Shown: positions 1-13,040, numbered from the whole stretch's first letter. The stretch is 63,780 bases of DNA, filler included, from Octopus bimaculoides (GCF_001194135.2; 5 parts of 5 records of this genome joined end to end with filler, not necessarily neighbours in it), one strand, 5' to 3'. Program-made: numbers and translations. The notes: generated from the letters alone by a model not told the origin.

Positions 1-387
1 TCTAACCGGCTTTCATTGCATGGGAAATTTTCAAGAGGGGGGAAAATGAAAATAATGTTTTTTACAAAAAAATAATAAGTATATAAATATATATCAATAT
101 CAATACATCGTATTGTCTTTGAGCTTTTAAAGTTCAATGGTAATCCATGTAGATAATTGTTAGAAAGTTGAGGATGCATGTATTTTAGTTTTAGTGTTAT
201 GTTTAAAAAGGCTGGATGTTTATGTGTCAAACAGGAAATGTGGATAAGGGGAGACAATTCTGTGGATTTTATACTCATTAGTTGGGGCTATGAACTCTTT
301 TTAAACAGGAAGTTTGTGTCTTTTCTTAGAGAAATAAGAAGTAAATTTATATGTATTTCATTGGGTACGCGAGAGAAGGAAATATGG

Positions 388-836
388 TTACCGAGAAGTT
401 TGTATGTTAAGAAGCGTTTGAAATTTTTCTATAAAAAGATTCTCCTTGCTGATTCTTTCTTGTGTAGAGATTCTATCTTTACATTGATAGAAAAGGAATA
501 TAAGGAATTTAGGATTTTTATTTCTGGCGTAAGAATCTACGTGTCCACTGAGTGGGATTTGGCGGTGTTGTCGAAGATTTATTTGTTCTTTATGGACTGC
601 TACGCTTTTACGCAAAGGAAGGCTCGTCTGTCCGATATAGTTGTGTTGGCAACCTGCGCATGTGAGGACGTATATGAGGTTCCCGGGGGAGCAAGAGAAA
701 TTGGTCTTGATTTTAAACCTTGTTCCTTGTTTGAAGTTAAATTCAGAGCCTTCAAGTAGGTAGGGGTAGGTACCACAGTTAGGGCGTGCACATTTTTAGA
801 CTGATGGGGGTGAAAGTGGTGTGTGTAGTTTGGCAT
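388..836 (-). mobile_element. Penelope-like element, GIY-YIG endonuclease 3' fragment (frameshifted)
   Basis: Joining frames gives KCARPNCGTYPYLLEGSEFNFKQGTRFKIKTNFSCS/RNLIYVLTCAGCQHNYIGQTSLPLRKSVAVH...ERISKENLFIEKFQTLLN. The LIY..YIG motif and CxxC are typical of PLE endonucleases. Confidence 0.85.
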
Positions 837-841
837 TAGTT

Positions 842-1115
842 AAGAGTTTATATATATATATATGTATGTATGTGTGTGTGTGTGTGTGTGTATGCATATA
901 TACATAAATATATATATACATACATATATATACATATGTACATATAAATCTCTATATATACATCTATATGTATACATCTATACACATACATTTATATATA
1001 TATATACATATGCATACATAAATATTACACATATATATATACACATATATCATGCATAGATATATTTATGCATATATATACAAACATATACATAAATAAT
1101 ATATATACATATAAA

Positions 1116-1150
<35 letters not shown>

Positions 1151-1310
1151 NNNNNNNNNNNNNNNNNNNNNNNNNNNNNNNNNNNNNNNNNNNNNNNNNN
1201 NNNNNNNNNNNNNNNNNNNNNNNNNNNNNNNNNATATATATACATATGTACATATAAATCTCTATATATACATCTATATGTATACATCTATACATGTATA
1301 TACTATATAT
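842..1310. repeat. (TA)n/(TG)n/(TACA)n compound microsatellite spanning an N gap
   Basis: Direct reading; a roughly 60-bp unit is repeated on both sides of the gap. Confidence 0.95.
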
Positions 1311-1399
1311 GATGGCTGCCCCCGCATTATCGAGTATGGTCATTGCATGAGGCTTATCTGTTAATGGTGCCGTGATCGAATGTGACTTTTTAGCCCAGC

Positions 1400-3172
1400 T
1401 AAAGATCTACAATGTCTTTTACAGAATTGGCACCTAAAAGTTTACTGGCAATAGCCGGCTGTAGTTGTAATTGGGCTTCATGTACCTTTGGATGTCGTTT
1501 AAGTCCTCCGCCGAATCACTCTCCCTTCCAGATGCCTGACAGATATGATTAGTATGGCCTGGTAGTCAATCATCGGTCTCGCTTTATGACTACGAAGATG
1601 ACTCTTGAGTCTTGCTTTACTGAGGCACGGTCTTGCACAGAAACTGCATGTTAGCGTTATAGGAAGAACCTTACCATCTGGAAGTGCAACCGCAATGCCC
1701 TTCCTTGACATCCCTCTTCACTTTCTTATGCGCAACTCGAGATTTCTCATAAATAGCTGTCCCGTCATGTACAAGCCCTCTCCACCTGCTACGGTCAACA
1801 GCTATGCCCTCTCATGTGTCAGGAGAGATGCTAGCATCTCTCAAGGATGCCTTCAGCAAGTCTTTATACCTCTTTTTTTGGTTTATGCGGAGGTTGTTCT
1901 CCTTTAGCTAATTCTCCATAAAAGAGTTGTTTTGGCATCCTTGAATCTTTCATCCTGACCAGATGACCACTCCATCTAAGCCTTTGCTTCAACACAAGAG
2001 CTTCTATACTTACACACCGAGAGCCTTCCAATATTTCAAGATCCCTGATGTGGTCCTCCCACTTAATGCCATAGATCCTTCTGAGACACATCTGATGAAA
2101 ACATTCCAGTTGTTTAAGGTGGTATTGATATGTGACCCAGGTCTCGCAGGCATAAAAAAAGAGAAGACAGCACACAGCCTTGTACACCTTTATCTTCCCA
2201 GGTAGACAAACTGATCAACTACACCAAGTCGTTTACCATACACATAGATATTTGGTTCACTATACTGCTTAACAGGGGCAGGTTGATACATGACAACAGT
2301 TTTCTTGAGACTGACTATCAATCCTAAGGCAGTGCAAGCATCAGAGTATGCATTCAAAATGTGCTGCATATCAATTTCTGTGTGCGCTACTAGATCACAA
2401 TCATCTGCATACAAAAAGTCTCTTATGGTAGAGGTAAATACCTTTGTTTTTGCAGCAAAGCGCCTGATATAAAATATGCTGCCAGAGGTTCGATAATGGA
2501 TGTAACCACCATATATGCAATTTCTAAACGCAATACAGAAAAAACCATCGCAAAATGTATGGCAAATAGGGTCGGTGCCAGAATATCCCCCTGTTTTCAT
2601 CCATTTTGTATTGAGATGGGCTCCGACATTTTACCTCTAACATTAACCCTATCCTTCACGTTTTCATGAAAAGACCTGACCAAAGCAAAGAACTTTTCTG
2701 GACAACCAAGTTTCTGGAGGATTTTCCACAGTGAATTTCTATTAACGGTATCAAAGGCTTTTGTCAGATCGACAGAAACCTGATATAAATCCAGACCCTT
2801 TTCCACACACTTCTCCTGAAGCTGTCTAGCTGAGAAGATAACATCAGCAGTGCCGTGTCCCACACGAAAGCCAGACTGACTTTCTGGAAGAACACAATCT
2901 GCAACGCATTTCAGCAGACGATCCAGAAATACCCTGCATGAAACCTTTCCTACGACAGAAAGCAATGATATTCCCCTATAGTTACCACAATCATTCCTGT
3001 TGCCCTTTCCCTTATATAAAACCACCATTACTGTATCTCTCCAGTCCTCAAGTACAGATTCACTAGCCCATATCCTGCCAAACAAGGAGTGAAGTTGCTG
3101 CAGAAGTTTCTCACCACCATGCTGTAACAACTCCGTATGTATTCCATCCAAACCCGGAGACCTCCCATTATT
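1400..3172 (-). mobile_element. RTE (BovB-like) non-LTR retrotransposon, 5'-truncated and degenerate
   Basis: RT motifs SPGLDGI, NYRGISLLSVVGK, PESQSGFR, VDLTKAFDTV and FLYADDC; then YACETW...RLRWSGHLVRM..SRMPKQLFYGEL and a C-terminal C2H2 finger (CSFCARPCLSKARLKSHLRSH). Confidence 0.95.
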
Positions 3173-3283
3173 CATATAGATATACGTATATATATCCATA
3201 CATATGTGCAGATGTATATACACTCCCTTTCGGGTGAACGTTCTGTGTCTAGTTCTGGAAATTATATTTTATAAATCGACAGA

Positions 3284-3349
3284 CTACGCTGATGATCCTG
3301 CAGATATTTGCTTGTGTAAATATTAACAGGTGAAACCATTGATACGTAG
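3284..3349 (+). ncRNA. Minimal type I hammerhead ribozyme-like motif
   Basis: ctacg-CTGATGA-t-cctg...cagg-t-GAAA-ccattg-ATA-cgtag. Stem I is ctacg/cgtag, stem II is cctg/cagg. Stem III is short and imperfect (15.2/16.2 mismatch). Confidence 0.6.
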
Positions 3350-3522
3350 GTTAATCGTTTTTTATTTCGTATATTTTCATTTGTCTTGCCCTTTTACAGT
3401 CNNNNNNNNNNNNNNNNNNNNNNNNNNNNNNNNNNNNNNNNNNNNNNNNNNNNNNNNNNNNNNNNNNNNNNNNNNNNNNNNNNNNNNNNNNNNNNNNNNN
3501 NGGAAGAATATATAAGTCCATC

Positions 3523-5145
3523 TTGACATAGCAGGGTCTATCAGGCTAGTGGTCAGGTTAGTGGTCAGGTTTTCTGTTATAGGAGTGGTTGCCGTGCACA
3601 TTTATGTATGTAATATTGGTGTTAGGTTTATGGTAAGGTTGGTGGGTAGAAGTATTAAGGTTGAAGTTGACGTCTAGGAAGTTAACAGAGTTGCTATCGT
3701 TTTCAATGGTAATAGATAGTCCTTGGTTTTTAAAAAAGTATGTAATCTTTTTTGTAGAGTTCTAGTTTTCTATTTGAGGTGTTACTAAGAATAGAGCGTC
3801 GTCCCAATATAATCCACCTTCTAATTCAGGGAATTCTTTAATTTTGTGCAGTAGGTATATTCCGACTAAGTCGGTTACTTCTGCAGAATCTTGTGCGCCC
3901 ATGGGTACATCGAAGCAGTCTGGTCCAATATTTTCCTTCGTGTAATATTACAGCCTTTCTAGCTTCAAGAATAATTTCAATTTCTTTTATAAATAATTTA
4001 GTTCTGTTCTTGGCGAAGATAAGTGCCTTATTTAATAAAATAGGGTTAATAGATTGGTAATAGTCGTTAATGTCTAGTTGAATGAATTTACATTTTTTGT
4101 TATCGTGTAAATTAGTGAAGCAGTTAATTGCATATAGTGTTTTTGACCACAGGTAGAGTTTTATTTTGGATTTAAGTGAGTGTAGGTGTTTATCTATAAT
4201 AATTTTGCTGAGTTTCCTAGGTCAGATTTACAAAGGCAGATGAGCCTTACCTTTAGATCAATGTGAAAGTTATGTTTGTGGTCTTTTAGGCTAATTCTAG
4301 GTCTAAATGGTTCAGTATCTTCACTTATGTCGTCAATTCCGTATTCACTCATTATTTCTTTGGCTTCAGTATTAATGGATTTAAGAACATATTTGTTTAT
4401 TATCTTATATTTTTTGGTAATTTCTTTGTGTAAGAGATTATGGTATAGATATACGTCTACGTTGTATAGATTTCTGGTTTTGTCAGCCTGTACGATGATA
4501 TCCTTCAATTTTCGAAGTTCATTAACTTTTTGCGTCAAATTACTTCGGTGTTTATTCTTGAAAAAGTTTTTCTTAAACTTAATATTTCTAATTAGTTTCC
4601 ATAGGTCGTCTTCGAAATTTTCTAATTTACGGTTTGCTGCGGTGATTTTCCGGGATTTAATATTGCTTCTAATTTTAAGAGTTCCTCTTCCATCTCGTTC
4701 TTCTGGTCAGATCATGGAATTTAGCTATGATATCCTTAATGTACCCCTTACGAGTAGGTAACAGTACATCCTTAAGAGATGTTTCCATTTCAATCTTCTC
4801 TATTTTATTTTTTATTAGAAATCAAGGTCTTCTTAATAATAATGGCTATTAATAATGGTAATGATAGTAATATAGGTGTATAAAGGTTGAATGTGGATTC
4901 GTCCTTTAATTGGAGGTTTCTAAAAAAGATTTGTAATGTTGATTCTTCATACTTTGGGAATTTACAGGCGTAAATTTGCAAAGATATGAAAGTAGTACTT
5001 GTATATAATTTATGGAGTGAAGTTCCATAAATCCCTACGATTTCATTAAGAATGGAGGAAAAAAGTTGTTAAAATTTATAAGAATTTTAATTCTTGCGGA
5101 CGATCATATAATGATTGAATTAAATTAAATAAATACCATCGTATA
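3523..5145 (-). mobile_element. Naiad/Chlamys-type Penelope-like element, 5' end and RT domain (degenerate)
   Basis: METSLKDVLLPTRKGYIKDIIAKFHDLTRRTRWK; ADKTRNLY; SLKDHKHNF..RLI..KSDLG; FDVPMGAQDSAEVTDLVGIY; GGLYWDD; VNFLDVNFNL; PYHKPN. Confidence 0.85.
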
Positions 5146-5157
5146 TGTATACATATA

Positions 5158-5331
5158 TATACGATATTTATTTAATTCAATTCAATCATTATACGATCGT
5201 CTGCAAGAATTAAAATAGAGAAGATTGAAATGGAAACATCTCTTAAGGAGGTACCTTTGCCTACTTGTAAGGAGTACATTAAGGATATCATAGCTAAATT
5301 CCATGATCTGACCAGAAGAACGAGATGGAAG
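5158..5331 (+). repeat. Inverted copy of the PLE 5' end (fold-back)
   Basis: 5158-5216 is the reverse complement of 5084-5145, and 5217-5331 is the reverse complement of about 4687-4801. Confidence 0.9.
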
Positions 5332-5370
5332 GCTTTAACAAAGAACATAGTACGGAAGTGAAACTAGACA

Positions 5371-5414
<44 letters not shown>

Positions 5415-6473
5415 GGCGGTGCATCAGCATGGCCGCAGCTCTAAGCTGAAACTATAAACAAAATATATACATATACATACATACATNNNNNNNNNNNNNN
5501 NNNNNNNNNNNNNNNNNNNNNNNNNNNNNNNNNNNNNNNNNNNNNNNNNNNNNNNNNNNNNNNNNNNNNNNNNNNNNNNNNNNNNNNNNNNNNNNNNNNN
5601 NNNNNNNNNNNNNNNNNNNNNNNNNNNNNNNNNNNNNNNNNNNNNNNNNNNNNNNNNNNNNNNNNNNNNNNNNNNNNNNNNNNNNNNNNNNNNNNNNNNN
5701 NNNNNNNNNNNNNNNNNNNNNNNNNNNNNNNNNNNNNNNNNNNNNNNNNNNNNNNNNNNNNNNNNNNNNNNNNNNNNNNNNNNNNNNNNNNNNNNNNNNN
5801 NNNNNNNNNNNNNNNNNNNNNNNNNNNNNNNNNNNNNNNNNNNNNNNNNNNNNNNNNNNNNNNNNNNNNNNNNNNNNNNNNNNNNNNNNNNNNNNNNNNN
5901 NNNNNNNNNNNNNNNNNNNNNNNNNNNNNNNNNNNNNNNNNNNNNNNNNNNNNNNNNNNNNNNNNNNNNNNNNNNNNNNNNNNNNNNNNNNNNNNNNNNN
6001 NNNNNNNNNNNNNNNNNNNNNNNNNNNNNNNNNNNNNNNNNNNNNNNNNNNNNNNNNNNNNNNNNNNNNNNNNNNNNNNNNNNNNNNNNNNNNNNNNNNN
6101 NNNNNNNNNNNNNNNNNNNNNNNNNNNNNNNNNNNNNNNNNNNNNNNNNNNNNNNNNNNNNNNNNNNNNNNNNNNNNNNNNNNNNNNNNNNNNNNNNNNN
6201 NNNNNNNNNNNNNNNNNNNNNNNNNNNNNNNNNNNNNNNNNNNNNNNNNNNNNNNNNNNNNNNNNNNNNNNNNNNNNNNNNNNNNNNNNNNNNNNNNNNN
6301 NNNNNNNNNNNNNNNNNNNNNNNNNNNNNNNNNNNNNNNNNNNNNNNNNNNNNNNNNNNNNNNNNNNNNNNNNNNNNNNNNNNNNNNNNNNNNNNNNNNN
6401 NNNNNNNNNNNNNNNNNNNNNNNNNNNNNNNNNNNNNNNNNNNNNNNNNNNNNNNNNNNNNNNNNNNCGCGCG

Positions 6474-6549
<76 letters not shown>

Positions 6550-7077
6550 GTTACCAGGATAGCAAAAATTCACATAAGTGCCAAGGTTGTTACAGTCTAC
6601 TGATAAAGGTAGAAATTCCAGGGTTTAGTGAAATGTTTTTATATAACATAGATAAATTAGGAAATGGAGTTAAACGCAGGTGTTATTCAAATCTTTATAC
6701 TTCTGACAGATGTTTCTAAGAAAACATTGCTATTATTCCTGAGGGAATAAAATGACGTGAAAAAATATAATCATCTCATCAGGGGAAAAAAGAGAAACAA
6801 AACACATGAATAAGCCATTTTAACCGAATATGATTACCGCATATATGGTGAAGGGAACGCAGGTAAGTTACTTTTTAAAAATAACTTTAATAGATTAAAC
6901 TTCAAAGGCAAATTAGAGAAAGCGGAGGAGAAAGAAAGAAATTAACAGAAAATTAAGAGTGGAGAAATATAGTACGATAGATGAGTAGAAATAATGCTTA
7001 AAAGCGTGCAAATAGATATAAGTAGTAGAAATGAAATATAAGACAGATAAAAGTCGAATTTTATAGATTGGTAGAAA

Positions 7078-7992
7078 TTACTTATAGGAACTAAAGGTAT
7101 GTTTTTGCCAATGTTTCCAACGATAAACGCGTTCTTTAAATGTGTTTACAAGAGAATTCTCCGAGAACAGAATGAGATATTGTTCTTCGTTACAGAGCGG
7201 ACAAATGGATTTACCTTTATCATATGGAAAGGATCTAGATAGAATATTCCATTCCAAATCAAATTGTTTATTATGTTCCTTAAGAGACCAAATTAATTTA
7301 CTAAACCCAGTATTGTTGATGTCTAAATGTAGAATAATGGTTGATATTCTTTTGGACAACTGAGATGAAGAACTACCTAGGTAAAAAAGACATCAGAACT
7401 GGAAGTAATTTTACATTGATAAACAGAGTTTCTAGTCTTAGAATTACTGCTAAGGAAACGAATGCGATTCGAATTTATATCAGAAATACTAATATTGTTA
7501 TTGTTCAAACAAAGGTTAGTGTTAGTAATATCAATGTTATTATTTTCATTAAGTGGATTTGTATTTAACAACTTATTGTTATGCAAAGAGATGATTTGTG
7601 AAAGGCGTTTGGTGTTTGAAAACCCTATTCTAATTCGGTGTGAATCGAAAATGGAAAGGTATCTTGAATTTTTGGGGAAATTCTTATCTATAGCCTCACG
7701 AATCCCGTAAGGGAGGTTGGATTTAATCTGCTTACCATATGGAATTAGCAACCAAACAGTTTTACTATGACATAACTTGTTATTAGGATAATCATCTTTA
7801 AAAGTCCTATATTTACTTTTATAACGCAAATACCTGTTACGTGGTAGCAAGGTGTGCTAGAAATAGCAGTCAAATCTTTGGAGGGGAGATATGTTGAATG
7901 CACTCCACTGAAGTTACGAACGGGTCTTTTATGGAATATCTACTGTATTTTTAAAGTCATTTTCACTTTAGAATATTTTTTAAATATGCCAA
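7078..7992 (-). mobile_element. Naiad-type PLE linker and GIY-YIG endonuclease (degenerate)
   Basis: VWLLIPYGKQIKSN..IDKNFP..IFDSHRIRIGFS..IISLHNNKLL; SVYQCKI; FYLG; FSKLIWSLKE..LEWNIL..CPLCNEE. Confidence 0.85.
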
Positions 7993-8519
7993 ANNNNNNN
8001 NNNNNNNNNNNNNNNNNNNNNNNNNNNNNNNNNNNNNNNNNNNNNNNNNNNNNNNNNNNNNNNNNNNNNNNNNNNNNNNNNNNNNNNNNNNNNNNNNNNN
8101 NNNNNNNNNNNNNNNNNNNNNNNNNNNNNNNNNNNNNNNNNNNNNNNNNNNNNNNNNNNNNNNNNNNNNNNNNNNNNNNNNNNNNNNNNNNNNNNNNNNN
8201 NNNNNNNNNNNNNNNNNNNNNNNNNNNNNNNNNNNNNNNNNNNNNNNNNNNNNNNNNNNNNNNNNNNNNNNNNNNNNNNNNNNNNNNNNNNNNNNNNNNN
8301 NNNNNNNNNNNNNNNNNNNNNNNNNNNNNNNNNNNNNNNNNNNNNNNNNNNNNNNNNNNNNNNNNNNNNNNNNNNNNNNNNNNNNNNNNNNNNNNNNNNN
8401 NNNNNNNNNNNNNNNNNNNNNNNNNNNNNNNNNNNNNNNNNNNNNNNNNNNNNNNNNNNNNNNNNNNNNNNNNNNNNNNNNNNNNNNNNNNNNNNNNNNN
8501 NNNNNNNNNNNNNNNNNNN

Positions 8520-8551
<32 letters not shown>

Positions 8552-8553
<2 letters not shown>

Positions 8554-8702
8554 TCTCTGAGTGGTTGGCGTTAGGAAGGGCATCCGGCTGTAGAAACTCT
8601 GCCAAATCAGATTGGAGCCTGGTGTAGCCACCTGGTTCACCAGTCCTCAGTCAAATGGTCCAACCCATGCTAGCATGGAAAGCGGACGTTAAACAATGAT
8701 GA
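8552..8702 (+). mobile_element. RTE-tail-derived short retroelement fragment
   Basis: gagtggttggcgttaggaagggcatcc...ggacgttaaacaatgatgat resembles RTE 3' tails ending in a trinucleotide repeat (recognised from memory of cephalopod repeats). Confidence 0.55.
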
Positions 8703-8779
8703 TATATATATACATATACTTATGTATACATACATACAAATGTATATATATATATACATACGTATATACATATGCCCTA

Positions 8780-9360
8780 AGGTCTAATCTATTATTAATT
8801 AGGTTATTCTTATCTCTATACTTAAAAATTTCATAAATTTCCATACAACATAATTCACACCTATATCGGCTTTGTTTGGCTTAGCTTCCCGTACTATATC
8901 CCATTTAAGGCTAAATTTACTATTGTGATCCTTAATTTTCCAGATCTTACTAGATAATGATGTACTGTTAGCTTTATGTCTACGTCTAAAAGATGTAAGA
9001 TGGTTATTCGAGCACCCGATGTAAATATAGTTACAAGTGTAAGTCATCACTGTACATTTGTAAACAACATTTAGGGCTAAACAACGACCTAATACCGGGC
9101 ACTTGGATCCTATTCTACAATTGCAGCTGGGGATGTTATTATTATTACTATTATTATTATTAATAGAAGTATTACTTCTATCATTTATAGTACCACTCAA
9201 GTCAATTGTTGTATTATCATGTGTTGTGTCGGTAATGTCTGAGTTATTATATCTAGCGGTATCATTGTTTATATTAGTTCTTTTGCTGTGGATGCCTACA
9301 TATCCACTATTATTAAAAAATTATAGCTTAAGTTTACAAAAAACAAAAGACGAAGACAGG
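8780..9360 (-). mobile_element. Second Naiad-type GIY-YIG endonuclease fragment
   Basis: PSCNCRIGSKCPVLGRCLALNVVYKCTV...YIYIGCS..H...STSLSSKIWKIK..SLKWDIV. Confidence 0.85.
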
Positions 9361-9699
9361 TGAAGGTATATTAGTTTAAGCAGGTATATTAGTTTAATGC
9401 TCAGGAAGAATGGAAAAGTATTTGACATTTTGAGCCTACGCTCTTTAACAGAAAGGATTAAGAGGGGAAAATGTGTAGGGATTAACAGTTCAACATGATG
9501 AAATAGGAAGAGATAGACAAACATACATATATAAATATGCTTTTTATATGTGTGTGTGTTAGCGTACACACGTTTTCGTATTGGCATGCACGAGAGAGAT
9601 AGATAAATAGACAACTTTTTGTATTGGTGTACATGCAGAAAAGATGGTCAACGTGAGTACATTAATGTTTTCGGTGAAATTTTATTAAAATAGAAAGTG

Positions 9700-10330
9700 A
9701 ACCCTCTGAATTTTAAAGAGTGTTATTAGATAATGGGTGATATTTATAATTTATCTAAGATGGCCAATAATCAGTGAAAGGTATCCCACACATAGGTCAG
9801 TCATCAACTTGATCCATTACTGAAATGGTTACTAAGGAGAATCAATTATTAAGCATCAAGGAAATTGCTAATGGCCTGAGCATTTTATTTGGTTCCTGTC
9901 AGACGATTTTCTTGGAAAAGTTTTGCATGCATCACTTCTCAGTAATAATTATTGCAAGAGTGTGTGAGAATGTGAAACGAAGGCTGGAAACAATTTAAAA
10001 TTTTACCACCTTTCCTCTTAAACTTGATGAGTCATCACAGTAGGTTTAATAATCTGGAACATAATTCCAGTCATCTCCTCAGTTGTCAACCTTCTTAACA
10101 CGTTTAAAAAGATGCGACAGTTTCAATCACTTGGGAAGACAATATTGATCGTATTTTCAATGTTCAACAAAAAATTTCTTGTAGGATACTTTTTCTTGCC
10201 TTGACTGTTGTGGAGGGCAACAAATGAGCCATTCAGCAACACACAAAGACCGTCAACTTTGTTGTTTGTAATATGGTGTCAATATGTTCATCTCTTAAAA
10301 CTGACCTGGTCATTGACAAAATTTATGCTG
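9700..10330. mobile_element. Highly decayed mariner-like transposase fragments
   Basis: The plus strand reads IKEIANGLSI..GSCQTI.LEK. The minus strand has a TGD..W-like remnant. Many stops. Confidence 0.4.
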
Positions 10331-10751
10331 CATCTTGAGATGCATACTGTTCAAAAACATATGCGTGTACACATACATGACACACAATGAACCACGCAAA
10401 CAAATTTCTTCTCCAGATCACTCACAAGCATGCCAACAGGTACACAGACATACATATCACTGGCTTTCCTCTTCTGTCATACAACGCCACTTATAAATTC
10501 ACTGTCCAATTCTGGTCAGTCAAAGAACAACCTACAGATTGTTTTCGCTGGGATTACACATTTTACTTTTTATTTCTTTCTTCTTTTTCCAGTTTCTCCT
10601 TATTTTTTCTCCTTTTCTTTTCCACTATTTGAAGAATGTAATGTCTAAAAAAGTAAAAGAAATGAACTCTTCTCTGAATGCCAACCTTATATTACTGAAT
10701 GTGAACTTATCTTCAGTTGATGTTTGTGTTATTTTTTGTTGTTCACTACGG

Positions 10752-10874
<123 letters not shown>

Positions 10875-11769
10875 GAGGTGCACAATTAGGAGATCTTACT
10901 GCATATTTGACTTTGAGAAGCAATATATTTTTCACAAATGTTCATTACCTCACAAAATCTATAGCATTAAATGCATTAAAAACCATGTAACATACATATT
11001 CAGAACACTATTTCAGAAAAATTATCACTTTTCCTTGAGCAACTGGGGCAAAATGAGTAACCCAAAATAAAGTAAATTTGCTTTTTCAATTCTCCAGAAT
11101 TACATTTGAAAGACTCATATTCAATATCCATCCTTAGACAGCAAAAAGATCAAGAAATGCAACACAAATTTAAAACATCTAGCTAAAATGAAAAAGGATC
11201 AGGGGAAAGATGGCACATGATATAAAATTAACAAAACTCGATTAAATCAGAAAAACTCAACATAAGATGTTCTCTGTAGCTTCTTCAGGATCTGCTACAG
11301 TGGCTCTCTTCTGGATATATTTATGCACAATGAAATTGAGAAGAGATTATTGAAAATTATTGAAATTAGTCATGGCTCATTTTACCCCATCTTAGATATC
11401 ATTTTTTGAAAGTTGAGAATTATCAAATTAGTCATTAGTGAGGAAAAAAATTGACTTGAGATCCAACAGAGAAAAGAATATTGATTGTTAAGCACCACAA
11501 ATTATCCGGATATTTTATTAGCAACTTGGGTCAAAGTTCAGGAAAGATTTCTTGGAAAAATAAATTTTCTCAACAACAACAACAACAACAGCTATGCTGA
11601 TCAATTTTTACTCCTAAAGATGATGCAACAGTACAAAATAAAGATGCAATACTTGCAAAGTAATGGTTTCAAACAGGCAGGGAGAAAATAAGAAGAAATG
11701 AGAAACTACTCATTTTACCTCAATTATTAATTTTGCACCCCACCCCATATATATATTCTTGTACTTTTG

Positions 11770-12022
11770 TATTCTTTTACTTGTTTCAGTTATTTGATTG
11801 ACTGAGGCCATGCTGAAGCACCGCCTTGAAGGGTTTTAGTAAAGCAAGTCTACTCCCTTCCCCCGGGATTTATTTTTAAGCCTAGTACTTATTCTACCAA
11901 TCTCTCTTTGCTGAATCACTAAGTTACGGGGAAGTAAACACACCAACACCGGTTGTCAAGCGGTGATAGGGGGACTAACACAATCACACATACACATAGG
12001 CACACACACACACACACACTCA

Positions 12023-12098
<76 letters not shown>

Positions 12099-12262
12099 AC
12101 GGGCTTCTTTCAGTTTCTGTCTACCAAACCCACTCGCAAGGCTTTGGTCAGCCTAAGGCTATAGTAGCAGACACTTTCCCAAGGTGCTACACAGTGGGAC
12201 TGGACCCACAACCATGTGGTTGGGAAGCAAGCTTCTTATCACTCAGCTACAACTGTGCCTAT
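11770..12262 (-). mobile_element. Octopus tRNA-derived SINE (OK/OR1-like) with internal (CA)n
   Basis: Similar to the copies at 15858-15997, 58370-58575 and 59175-59640 (ggcttctttcagtttc, gctttggtcagcc, ggttgtcaagcggtg, catgctgaagcaccgcc). Confidence 0.8.
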
Positions 12263-12329
12263 ATATACTATGTAATAAATGCAAGTCTATGTGGTTATGT
12301 ATGTGTGCTTAGCCCAGAAACAATGTATC

Positions 12330-12570
12330 ATCGAGGAAAACAGATTTGATTTTCGAAATCTGCGTCCCAAAAATAAGACGATTGGGACGCAGATTTTCAG
12401 TTTGACATCCAATTTTCAAATTCTTCAATTTCTCTTCAAATTGATTTCATAATCGGTGAAATGTAGTTTTATATGTTAATCAATGCCACGAAATTCATTT
12501 GCACTCTAAATCAATAAAATAAGTTATTAGCTTTTAAATTTGCAAATTTTGGTTAATTTTAGCCAATCGT
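12330..12570. mobile_element. Probable non-autonomous DNA transposon fragment with internal hairpin
   Basis: 15-bp inverted repeat aaatctgcgtcccaa/ttgggacgcagattt (12356-12370 and 12382-12396). Superfamily uncertain. Confidence 0.35.
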
Positions 12571-12675
12571 AAGCCACAGACACATTCATGCCTGTTTTCA
12601 TAGTAACAAGCCTAACATAGGAACTCTCTTGTCTGTGAGGTAGCACGTGTTGACAAATATATTCTATGTAAAAGT

Positions 12676-13040
12676 ACAGTAATGCCTCGAAATACGAGTT
12701 AATTTGTCAGCTTGTAATGCAAAAACTCATAAAGCAGAGCAATAATTTCCCATAGTAGTAATGTTATAAATCGTAATTCGTTCCCAGGAAAATATTTTAC
12801 CTATAAAATTCATAATACTCATAAATAAACGGCAATAAACCAACAGTAGAATGTTATGAATATTTTATGTAAAATAAAAATATTATAATAATTTTCTGAA
12901 TCACTTTCACTTGCACTAGACTCATGCACACCATGCTTGCAGACACGATCGCCGATTCACAAGCACTCGTAGATGAACTTGTAGATTTCTTTTTTTAAAA
13001 ATAAGTCTAAATTTGTTTCCTTCGAAGAAGCTTTTTTGGG
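12676..13040 (+). mobile_element. Tigger/pogo-like MITE fragment
   Basis: Begins tacagtaatgcctcgaaatacgagttaatttg...ataatttcccatag, resembling Tigger-type termini. Confidence 0.5.

Noticed and set aside
178-759. 193-aa plus-strand ORF
   Set aside because: Antisense shadow of the Penelope endonuclease.
5424-8640. Long ORFs spanning N gaps (also 15964-16815, 32604-33731, 62212-62959)
   Set aside because: They are open only because N codons contain no stops.
9422-9452. Minus-strand hammerhead remnant (ctgttaa-a-gagc gtag gctc-aaaat-gtc)
   Set aside because: Stem II is intact but both catalytic boxes are mutated, so it is not functional.
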